The notes beneath the pieces were generated by a model that was not told where the DNA came from, made no database searches, and was given only the letters and a program-made list of their open reading frames with translations. Shown here one piece after another: positions 35,103-43,199 of a stretch of 64,000 bases of DNA (the stretch's first letter is position 1; every line of letters begins with the position of its first letter). The position numbers and the translations under genes are program-made. Source of the stretch: a bacterium (GTDB taxonomy: Bacteria > Patescibacteriota > Minisyncoccia > Phycocordibacterales > UBA2100); assembly GCA_016789445.1 (NCBI GenBank), contig JAEUQT010000001.1:67603-131602 (forward strand), read 5' to 3'.

Positions 35103-36791
35103 TCAGCCGAAGGTAAACGTAAACGCTTCTAAGGTACCGCTCTTCACCCTGATTTCGAGCACGTGCTCTTCCCCACTGGGATTGCGGATGAGCTCGTAGA
35201 GGCGCTCATCCTGTACCCGTACCACACCTGTTTGTACATCTTTGCCCGCAGCAGCATTCACGATCTCACCATCCTGCCATATCTCAAGTTCAGCTCCTTG
35301 CGCGGAACCTGCCACCATAAATACCTCACCCGCTTTATAGCGGAATACGATCGTTGCGTCCTCCGATACTGAAGCTGCATGTTCGGGAGTGATGTTCCAG
35401 GTGCCGCCAAGATACAGCGCATTCAGCACGAACGAATCCGGAAGCGTAAATGATTGCTGCCCCGGTACGAAACGCTTCCCTCCTGCAAGATTTTGATTGC
35501 GCAGCGATCCGAAATAGATCTCCGGGCTTTGCGCAAGATTCCGGGCTTCACTTCGCTGATCGGCAACCAAGGGGAGAGACACATCGGGTTCGGGAAGACT
35601 AAGTTTCTCTGCGCGATCCCGCAATGCCTCGCGGATCTTCTTTTCAGTCTCGGCGTACCCGCCTTCGCCGATATGGTCGTAGATGATATTCCCCTCGATA
35701 TCCACGAGATATTTGCGGGGCCAGTACTGATTGCCGCAGGCGCGCCACGTCGCGTAATTATTATCCAAGACCACCGGATAGGTGATACCGAATTTCCGCA
35801 TCGCCTCCTCCACGTTGTTGATGTCCTTCTCGAACGCGAATTCCGGCGTGTGAATGCCGATGATCTCCAGACCCTGATCCTTGTATCGTTCGTACCAGGC
35901 GTTCATATACGGGAATGTGCGTTGGCAATTGATGCAGCTATAGGTCATGAAATCGATGAGAATGACCTTCTTCCCCACCAGTTCACCGACCGTGATTCCG
36001 TCGGTATTCACGAATCCTGCGGGGGACTCGATCTCGAAATACGGACGGATGCCCGTCTCTTCTTCCATGCCGATACGCTGCAGGAGTCGCTGTTCCCAAC
36101 GGACGGAATCAACATACCCGCTTTCCAAGAGCCACACTTCAAACTTCTTTTCGTAGCCCGATGCGATAAGTAGACCGAGCGCAATAAAGAGGATGCCGAC
36201 CGTCTTTTTGAGGGCGCCACGAGAATCAGCTGCGCGTGTAAGACGATCCGCGAACCGCTGTCCGATGAGCGCGATACAGATGAGCATGATCGCAAGCCCA
36301 GCGGTATACGCGAGAAGATAGGAAAAGCCGAGCAGAAATGAAGCCGGCAGCACCGTGGCAAGGATGACGAAATACGTCGGCGAACACGATGAGAATACCG
36401 GACCGAGTGCGACGCCGATTACGACATCGCCCCAGAAGCTTTTCTTCTGATACCCCGTACCGACGAGTTTATTCGAACGCGATGAGAGTTTTGCCATCCC
36501 GGGGATTCGTTCCCACAAGGAGGGGAATATGAACGTGAATCCCAAGAAGACGAGCAGCCCTCCGGATAGATACGTCCAGAAACTTTCAGGTACGGCAATG
36601 AAGAGCGATGAGACTTTAAGGAGGAGCGTGAAGAGGATTATCGAGAGCGAAACCGAAGCGACGACGACATAGGGCGTGAGCCTGCTCCTCTCTGCCGCGG
36701 AAGAGCCCACGACCACCGGCAGGAGCGGTAGTATGCACGGAGCAAGGACGGTCAGCGTACCGGCAAGAAACGATACCGCAAGAAGCGCCAT
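35103..36791 (-). CDS. thiol:disulfide interchange protein, DsbD/CcdA-like transmembrane domain fused to thioredoxin-like (TlpA/ResA-type) domain
   Basis: N-terminal TM with LAPCILPLLP, central TM bundle, then thioredoxin CXXC (YSCINCQRT). Confidence 0.82.
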   Translation of the reverse strand: MALLAVSFLAGTLTVLAPCILPLLPVVVGSSAAERSRLTPYVVVASVSLSIILFTLLLKVSSLFIAVPESFWTYLSGGLLVFLGFTFIFPSLWERIPGMAKLSSRSNKLVGTGYQKKSFWGDVVIGVALGPVFSSCSPTYFVILATVLPASFLLGFSYLLAYTAGLAIMLICIALIGQRFADRLTRAADSRGALKKTVGILFIALGLLIASGYEKKFEVWLLESGYVDSVRWEQRLLQRIGMEEETGIRPYFEIESPAGFVNTDGITVGELVGKKVILIDFMTYSCINCQRTFPYMNAWYERYKDQGLEIIGIHTPEFAFEKDINNVEEAMRKFGITYPVVLDNNYATWRACGNQYWPRKYLVDIEGNIIYDHIGEGGYAETEKKIREALRDRAEKLSLPEPDVSLPLVADQRSEARNLAQSPEIYFGSLRNQNLAGGKRFVPGQQSFTLPDSFVLNALYLGGTWNITPEHAASVSEDATIVFRYKAGEVFMVAGSAQGAELEIWQDGEIVNAAAGKDVQTGVVRVQDERLYELIRNPSGEEHVLEIRVKSGTLEAFTFTFG

Positions 36792-36795
36792 CGCG

Positions 36796-38019
36796 TTATT
36801 CTACCGCTTCTTTCGAGAGGGATTTGAGCGCAACACTGTACGCCGCATCGCGCAGCGAGATCTTTTGTGCGACTGATTCCGCATACACGTTCTCTGCGGC
36901 TGCTTCCATCATCGGGCGCAGCTTCGCGAATACGTCCTCTTTCGTCCATTTCTCCTGCCGCCTGTTCTGCTCCCATTCGAAATAGGAGACCGCCACTCCT
37001 CCTGCGTTCGCAAGAATGTCAGGAATCACGATTATTCCCTTGTTATTCAGAATCGCATCCGCTTCGAGCGTGGTCGGACCATTTGCGAGCTCGAGCACGA
37101 TCGATGCTTTGATATCAGGTGCGTTCGTCTCCGTGATGGAATTCTCGAGGGCTGCCGGGACGATGATATCGACGGGGAGCGCCAGAACATCAGAAGGGGA
37201 GATGGCAGTTCCACCGAAACCGGAGAGCGTCCCCTTTTCGTCTTTGAATTTTCCTACCGCTTCGACATCGATGCCGTCTTCCTTGTAGATACCGCTCTTC
37301 GAATCGGAAAGACCGACGATAGTGAATCCTTGGCGGGAGAGGTACTCCGCAAGATATGAACCTACATTACCGAATCCCTGGATCGCAACCGTCCCCTTCG
37401 GCTCTTTCCCCAGCTTCCGCATGATCGCTTCAAGTGCGAAGCCGCCGCCGTAGCCCGTAGCCTCAGTGCGACCTTCAGAACCACCCTGTCCAACCGGCTT
37501 TCCGGTGACGACTGCGGGCGAATGCTCACCGACATGCTTCGAATACTCATCCGCGATCCAATGCATCATCTGCGCATTCGATCCCACATCCGGTGCCGGC
37601 ACGTCTTTTTCAGGTCCGATGACATGCGCGAGCTCACGTGCGAAATTCCGTGTGAGACGTTCCAACTCTCCTTCTGAGAGCGATTTCGGATCGACTTCGA
37701 TGCCGCCTTTGCCGCCGCCGAAGGGGACTCCGATGAGAGCATTCTTCATCGTCATCCAGAACGCGAGCGCCTTCGCCTCATCGAGATCCACCTGCGGATG
37801 GAAACGCAAACCGCCCTTGTATGGCCCGCGGATATTATTGTGCTGCACGCGATACCCACGGAAGGTCTTGGTCTCCCCGCTATCCATTTCAACAGGCACG
37901 TTCACTTCGACGACCCGATCAGGTTCCTTGAGGCGCTGCTGGAGATTGGGATGCGCTTCGGTGAGCTCGAGCGTTCGCTGTAATTGCGCCAGAGCGCGCT
38001 GCCAGGGATTGTTCTGCAT
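36796..38019 (-). CDS. gdhA: Glu/Leu/Phe/Val family dehydrogenase (glutamate dehydrogenase)
   Basis: KGGLRFHPQVDLDEAKALAFWMT and GGGKGGIEVDPK motifs. Rossmann GFGNVGSY. Confidence 0.9.
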   Translation of the reverse strand: MQNNPWQRALAQLQRTLELTEAHPNLQQRLKEPDRVVEVNVPVEMDSGETKTFRGYRVQHNNIRGPYKGGLRFHPQVDLDEAKALAFWMTMKNALIGVPFGGGKGGIEVDPKSLSEGELERLTRNFARELAHVIGPEKDVPAPDVGSNAQMMHWIADEYSKHVGEHSPAVVTGKPVGQGGSEGRTEATGYGGGFALEAIMRKLGKEPKGTVAIQGFGNVGSYLAEYLSRQGFTIVGLSDSKSGIYKEDGIDVEAVGKFKDEKGTLSGFGGTAISPSDVLALPVDIIVPAALENSITETNAPDIKASIVLELANGPTTLEADAILNNKGIIVIPDILANAGGVAVSYFEWEQNRRQEKWTKEDVFAKLRPMMEAAAENVYAESVAQKISLRDAAYSVALKSLSKEAVE

Positions 38020-38037
38020 CTAAGGATTTTACTGGAA

Positions 38038-38088
38038 AACGCCAAGAATGCCCGGCCTTTTGGCACGGGGCATTCTTGGCGTTCTTTT
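38038..38088. terminator. long-stem hairpin (16 bp) with flanking A/T runs, 19 nt upstream of gdh start
   Basis: AACGCCAAGAATGCCC ... GGGCATTCTTGGCGTT, then TCTTTTG. Confidence 0.5.
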
Positions 38089-38122
38089 GAAAAGAGCGCC
38101 GGCGGGCGCATCCGCTTCCAGC

Positions 38123-38189
38123 AAAAACGCCCGGTCCGAATTAACAAACTCCGCGCTCGTCGCGCAGAGTTTGTTAATTCGGCGTTTTT
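38123..38189 (-). terminator. long imperfect hairpin terminator immediately after the sugar dehydrogenase stop
   Basis: AAAAACGCC...CCGAATTAACAAACTC...GAGTTTGTTAATTCGG...GGCGTTTTT. Confidence 0.5.
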
Positions 38190-39345
38190 ACTCCTCTCTT
38201 TTCACAATGCGAAAGATGCGATCATCCCCTTCAGCCGGAGAGCCGCGGCCATCCTGGTTAGATGTCGCAAAGTAGATCGCCCCGTCCGGCCCCTCGATCA
38301 CCTCGCGGATTCGTCCGTATTCTTCGCGGAAAAGACGATCAAACCCTGATGCGGCGCCATCCACCAAAGAGACCCGCATCAGGTTCTCTCCACGAAGCGC
38401 ACCGAAGAAAAGATTATCCTTGAATTGCGGAAAGAGCTTCCCCGAATAGATCATGGCAGATGACGGCGCCTCTGCTGGAGTAAAAACGAGAAGGGGAGAA
38501 ACCGTTCCTTCTTTCGTCTTCTCATGCGAGACCAATGGCCAGCCGTAATTCCCTCCCATCACGATCTTATTCACCTCATCACCTCCGCCAGGGCCGTCGA
38601 AACCGGACGGACCATGTTCCGTCTCGTACATCTCTCTTTTCGAATTCCACGCGATGCCCTGCGGGTTCCGATGCCCGTAGCTCCAGATAGGTGATTGCGG
38701 GAAGGGATTCCCCTCCGGAATCGACCCGTCGTCATTCACGCGCAGTATCTTCCCTGCGAGCGAATTCAGATCCTGGGCGAGTTCACCATCGGTCGCGTCT
38801 CCGGTCGTGATATAGAGCTTCCCGTCGGGACCGAATGCTAATTCGCAACCCGCATGGAAGCGCGCCGCTGGGATATCGCGCACGATCGGTATGATGTCGG
38901 AAATAGAATCACCCTCGTCTTTGAATCGCACGACATCGACACGCATTCCTTCAGACCCTTGATAAGCATACGCGGTATATACGTATTTGTTTGAAGCATA
39001 CTGCGGGTGGAGCGTCAGCGACATGAGTCCCTCTTCGCCACCACTCGAGACTTCATCAAAAGTATGGAGCGGCGCTTCGCGCAGCGTGCCGTTTTCAACC
39101 ACCCGAATGCGTCCGGGACGTTCTGTAATGAGCATGCGTGTCGATGAGGTAAAAACGATGCCCCATGGCACTTCAAGACCGCGCACGACTTCTTCGACCC
39201 GATAGGCGACTTCCCCGTCCATAACGGGAATCGTAGCATCCGCTGTCTGATTGATGGGTGAATATCCAAGCCAATAGATACCGAAGGCAGTCGTGATAAT
39301 GAGGGCGAGAACGGCGAACGCGGTAGCGAACGGAAGGGAATTCAT
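38188..39345 (-). CDS. PQQ-dependent sugar (glucose/sorbosone) dehydrogenase family beta-propeller protein, membrane-anchored
   Basis: HAGCELAFGPDGKLYITTGDA, HRNPQGIAW and NYGWP motifs. Start taken at MNSLPFATAFAVLALI (ATG 39345) inside the longer ORF. Confidence 0.85.
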   Translation of the reverse strand: MNSLPFATAFAVLALIITTAFGIYWLGYSPINQTADATIPVMDGEVAYRVEEVVRGLEVPWGIVFTSSTRMLITERPGRIRVVENGTLREAPLHTFDEVSSGGEEGLMSLTLHPQYASNKYVYTAYAYQGSEGMRVDVVRFKDEGDSISDIIPIVRDIPAARFHAGCELAFGPDGKLYITTGDATDGELAQDLNSLAGKILRVNDDGSIPEGNPFPQSPIWSYGHRNPQGIAWNSKREMYETEHGPSGFDGPGGGDEVNKIVMGGNYGWPLVSHEKTKEGTVSPLLVFTPAEAPSSAMIYSGKLFPQFKDNLFFGALRGENLMRVSLVDGAASGFDRLFREEYGRIREVIEGPDGAIYFATSNQDGRGSPAEGDDRIFRIVKREE

Positions 39346-39347
39346 TG

Positions 39348-39926
39348 TTATTTGAATACCACCGTCCGAAGGATATCCTCGAAGTCCCGTCGAATGCCGT
39401 CTTCTGGCGTGAGATAGGTACTGGTGAATGCGTATACATATGATGGACGGGCGATCGCGGTCGTGTCGCCTCGATACAAGCCGTCCCAGGTATAGGTCAG
39501 CGACTGCTGCCCTGCGATCGTCGTCGATGAAAGCTTCCCATCCACGGACTGTTTGAAATTCGAAGCGCTGGAATTCTTGATCCACTCTTCCGTGGTCAGA
39601 TCATCCAGATCATTCTGGATCATTTCTATGGAAATAGCAGGCGGCCCCTCGCCTCCTTGCGGTGCGGGGAGATCGGTAATGCGCATAAGGGTGACCACAT
39701 GATGACGACGCTGGGAACTTCCCGGCAGATCACGTTCCGTAAGCTGATATGAGGACGGATAGCGGAATTCGATGCCGTATTCCGGCGAACTATACGTTTT
39801 CAGGCTCGCGCCCGGTGTGGATGTGGAGGTATCCGGCGTTGGCACTTGGACCGCCTGGTCAGAGAGGAGCCAATACCCGCCGGCCGCAAGAACGACAACC
39901 ACTACGATGCCGATAAGCGCTTTCAT
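39348..39926 (-). CDS. hypothetical exported/membrane-anchored protein
   Basis: MKALIGIVVVVVLAAGGYWLL N-terminal anchor. Ends 2 nt before the downstream gene. Confidence 0.6.
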   Translation of the reverse strand: MKALIGIVVVVVLAAGGYWLLSDQAVQVPTPDTSTSTPGASLKTYSSPEYGIEFRYPSSYQLTERDLPGSSQRRHHVVTLMRITDLPAPQGGEGPPAISIEMIQNDLDDLTTEEWIKNSSASNFKQSVDGKLSSTTIAGQQSLTYTWDGLYRGDTTAIARPSYVYAFTSTYLTPEDGIRRDFEDILRTVVFK

Positions 39927-39984
39927 AACCGCACTATACCAACGCCGCGTATTTTTTCCATGAACCAACAAGATTCTCTTGTTT

Positions 39985-40095
39985 TTGAGAACCCTCGGTT
40001 CTCAACGGACGCCAGCGCTTCGCTCGGCGCCCTGCTCTCCGACACGGGAAAACTACAGTTTTCCCGACCCCTTTCGCCTCGCGCTGCTGCGCGAG
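39985..40095 (+). repeat. structured intergenic repeat, copy C
   Basis: TTGAGAACCCTCGGTTCTCAA, CCCTGCTCTCCGACAC, GGGAAAACTACAGTTTTCCC, CTCGCGC-TGCTG-CGCGAG. Confidence 0.7.
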
Positions 40096-40100
40096 CCGCT

Positions 40101-40694
40101 TCAAGTACCCGAAAGCTTGGTAAATACGACCAGGCGCTGATCGTACGTCTTGGCGGATTTCACCCACGAGCCGCCGCAGGTTATGAGATTCAGCCGCGCA
40201 GAACCCGAAGGATTGAAAATGATCTCCGTCGGCACCGCGTCATACGGGTACGATCGCTTACCGGTGACCACGAATGTGCGCCGGGTCCCGTCACGCCGCT
40301 CGACGATTATCTCATCGCCGGTTTCAAGTTCATCGAGGCGTTTGAAAACACCAGAGAGCCCGAGTCCGTTGTCGACATGTCCGGCAATGACCGAAGATCC
40401 TGCGCCGCCGGGCACGACGCCGTACTTGTACCAACCGACATCGGTGAAATTGCTCGGCACTCCCATGTTGCCTGCAGCATTTACGCCGACATCCTGCACA
40501 TTCGCATCGATACCGAGCGAAGGGACGATGAGGCGTACCGGATGGTGCTGCGGATTCGAGGCCACCACCTCATCAGGTGGCACCGTGATCTCCGTATCCG
40601 GGTTGTAGAAGAACGCACGCACGATGGTCGTGGTGAATATCGCGACCGCACAGAGCGTGAGCGTGAATATGAAAAAACGCGAAAGTCTGGCCAT
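40101..40694 (-). CDS. sortase family transpeptidase
   Basis: N-terminal TM, catalytic His (VIAGHVD), TLXTC motif (LNLITCGG) and conserved Arg. Confidence 0.85.
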   Translation of the reverse strand: MARLSRFFIFTLTLCAVAIFTTTIVRAFFYNPDTEITVPPDEVVASNPQHHPVRLIVPSLGIDANVQDVGVNAAGNMGVPSNFTDVGWYKYGVVPGGAGSSVIAGHVDNGLGLSGVFKRLDELETGDEIIVERRDGTRRTFVVTGKRSYPYDAVPTEIIFNPSGSARLNLITCGGSWVKSAKTYDQRLVVFTKLSGT

Positions 40695-40756
40695 ATGAAT
40701 ACTAAGACGTGCGCAGCCAAGGCATCTTTCGATGCCCGGGCTGCGCAAAGGCACTG

Positions 40757-40972
40757 CTATTCAGCTAGCGCATTCCGCTGCATGTACAGATACAGCGCAC
40801 CGCCGACTGCTATCATCGCCGAGATGCCGAGGATGACCGCGTTAAGCGCGATATCTCCCGCACCGGTATTCGGGACGCCTGGTGTCGTCGTCGACGTGGT
40901 GGTCTGGGCGCTCGCGATGCCTGCCACGAAGAGGGAGGCTGCCGCTGCGCCGTTAACGAATTTCTTCAACAT
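40757..40972 (-). CDS. mini sortase-substrate precursor (71 aa): signal peptide plus VPNTG sorting signal, predicted mature part about 14 aa (Thr-rich)
   Basis: MLKKFVNGAAAASLFVAGIASA signal. QTTTSTTTPG-VPNTG-AGDIALNAVILGISAMIAVGGALYLYM-QRNALAE gives motif, hydrophobic segment and basic tail. Sits immediately upstream of the sortase gene. Confidence 0.6.
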   Translation of the reverse strand: MLKKFVNGAAAASLFVAGIASAQTTTSTTTPGVPNTGAGDIALNAVILGISAMIAVGGALYLYMQRNALAE

Positions 40973-41053
40973 ATTTGCAAGATGAGGTTAATTCCTAATC
41001 ATCTCGACCGCTTCTGGTTATATACGCAGGCGGTGAACCAAATATGAACGCGC

Positions 41054-41704
41054 TTACCGGCCGCGGCGATACACCATCATGACGAAGATCGCGAGTGCTG
41101 CGAGGATCAGGAGGCCGAAGATCGGCCACAGGAGAAGCGGCGTGAGATATGCCTCTGCTGCGGACTTTCCGAAGAAATCGGATTTGATAGCCGGCACGGT
41201 GCCGTAGCGGCGGAACGTCTCCAGAAGCGAGAACGAGCTGTCTCCCGCTACCACGAGTACGTACTGCGCATCATCGGCGGCACTGGAGACCTGCACGCGA
41301 TACTCGCTGGGCGGAAGATTCGCTTCAAGCGTCGGGCCTGCAAGATAGCTATCACGTCCGGCAGTGTCGAAGAATCGCTGCCATTCGGTGAGCGTTCCGT
41401 CTCCCGGGATGAAAACGCCTTGCGGGTTCTTCACATCAACGAGCGTCGCCGAAACCTGCGTATTCGCGTCCGGTACATCGGGGACGAGGAGCACGAATTT
41501 GACCGGTGTCTCTTCGTCCACCGTAAAGGTGAAATCGTGCGGTTCGCCGGAGAGCTTGCCGTAATAGGCGCGGTATTTAGTCGGATTAATCGCAGTAGAA
41601 CCCTCGTCTACGATCCTGAGCTGCTGCGCAGAGACGGCGATAGGAAGAACGAGGAATAAAAGCACCGCGAGGATGCCGACGCTGATACGGGATTGGTGGG
41701 TCAT
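41054..41704 (-). CDS. hypothetical exported protein with C-terminal membrane anchor
   Basis: Start at MTHQSRISVGILAVLLFLVLPIAVSA signal inside the longer ORF. C-terminal TM plus YRRGR tail. Confidence 0.62.
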   Translation of the reverse strand: MTHQSRISVGILAVLLFLVLPIAVSAQQLRIVDEGSTAINPTKYRAYYGKLSGEPHDFTFTVDEETPVKFVLLVPDVPDANTQVSATLVDVKNPQGVFIPGDGTLTEWQRFFDTAGRDSYLAGPTLEANLPPSEYRVQVSSAADDAQYVLVVAGDSSFSLLETFRRYGTVPAIKSDFFGKSAAEAYLTPLLLWPIFGLLILAALAIFVMMVYRRGR

Positions 41705-41735
41705 GAGAAGAGTATGGCAGAGAGGGAGGCCGACT

Positions 41736-41954
41736 TCAATGCTGCTTGGTGATGGAGTGTTGGCGGCCGCGCGGTACATCGCTACCTGCGCGACGCGCCT
41801 TCGAAAGCCCGATAGCAACTGCCTGTTTGCGAGTACGGACCTTCGCACCGCTACCGCTCTTCAGTGTTCCTCGCTTGTATTCGTGCATCGCCTTTGCAAC
41901 CTTCTTCTTGGCACTTCGTGGATATTGGGAAGCCATATGCGGGTACGATTGCAC
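41736..41954 (-). CDS. small basic conserved protein of unknown function (Lys/Gly/Ser-rich)
   Basis: KKKVAKAMHEYKRGTLKSGSGAKVRTRKQAVAIGLSKARRAG. No RBS seen. Confidence 0.45.
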   Translation of the reverse strand: MQSYPHMASQYPRSAKKKVAKAMHEYKRGTLKSGSGAKVRTRKQAVAIGLSKARRAGSDVPRGRQHSITKQH

Positions 41955-42365
41955 AGGGGATTGAAGGGGACATGAAGGGGATTCGGGTCCGGCACTTCAG
42001 CCGCCTCGAGTACCGATCATCGGTTATTGCATCCAGTACGACCAGCTTCTCGGAAGAAGGGAAAGAGCAGGGGAGTCAGAGCGATTTTTATGCGACACAG
42101 CACAACGGTGTGCAGTTTTTTTCTTCCTCCACTTTCCCACCATGCCTTAGAAGAACGCTCGTGCAATGAAAACGAATATATACACGCGTGCAACACTGCC
42201 GCCGACGAACATGAATATGGACATCGGCAACCCGAGGTTGAGTTATCCACAGGTCCGAGATACCGGGGTCCGAGATTGCCCTTGACTCCCCTCGCTTTCC
42301 CCTGCCCTTTATGAAGGCGTCGGAATGGATACTTCGAGGAAGACTTGATTCGGCAATGATCCTGC

Positions 42366-42542
42366 TTAGACAGTCTCAGGTTCGATCTCGATCTGTTCGA
42401 TCGGCGTCGCTTCTTGGATTATTTTCGTAAGCGCAAGTACCAATCCGGCGACTAGTAACAGATGGATCATTCCGCCCATCGTGAATTCGGCCATGAGACC
42501 GAAGAACCAAAGGCCGACTAATGCCGCAGCGAATGTAAGCAT
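42366..42542 (-). CDS. small membrane protein (58 aa)
   Basis: MLTFAAALVGLWFFGLMAEFTMGGMIHLLLVAGLVLAL, two hydrophobic helices. Start inside the longer ORF 42366..42650. Confidence 0.45.
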   Translation of the reverse strand: MLTFAAALVGLWFFGLMAEFTMGGMIHLLLVAGLVLALTKIIQEATPIEQIEIEPETV

Positions 42543-42654
42543 AGTGGGTGCGTTTAAAGTTTGTATAAAATCCCCGAAGCTGCGCACGACCTCGAGATAG
42601 GTACATTGTGTACACTGCGCATGAAGCGTGTGTGATGAATCGAAACCCAATCCA

Positions 42655-42682
42655 AAAAGATCCCTTGCGGGATCTTTTTGGA
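42655..42682. terminator. bidirectional intrinsic terminator
   Basis: AAAAGATCCC-TTGC-GGGATCTTTTT. Confidence 0.5.
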
Positions 42683-43199
42683 ACGGGCGCTTATTGGAAT
42701 AGGTAGCGGTTAGCGATCGTCTGCCGAGGTGTCAGTGCTTTCGCGCTGATCCCCTTGACGATCTCCGCTTGAGCCAGCGTTGTTCTGGCTCCGCATGTCG
42801 TGTGTCATACGTCTGGTGTATTACGACGATTAAAGCTCGACACAGATAGAGCGTAGCAGTGGCCAATGAACGTGAGATTAAGTTTTTGAATGTAAGAAAT
42901 GTTCATACTGGACGGCTCCTGTGACAGGACAGAGTCGGAAGAATCATGCGCTTGTGGTGTTGCGACTCAAGCGAAGAGACGACCGGCTTGCTTGATAGGG
43001 AGATTCCCTCCTCTATCGGGCTGTCACGGACACCCTTCAGTCCCCTCCCTCGGGGACTGAAGCCAGTTCCGTACACTGTCGAAATTGGCGCTAAGGATGG
43101 CCGCATTTCAGCGATTCCGACGTTTGGTGAGGTCGGTCTGCTGTGCTAGACTTCCTTCACGGAAACCAGTGCAGCGTTTAATTCAGTACTGCATTCTGC

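Noticed and set aside
42683-43199. tmRNA, SRP RNA or 6S RNA in the large non-coding gap
   Set aside because: Conserved cores (tmRNA T-arm GGTTCGA..TCC with an ...ALAA tag frame, SRP GGAAGCAGCC) were not found. It is reported only as an unassigned structured region.
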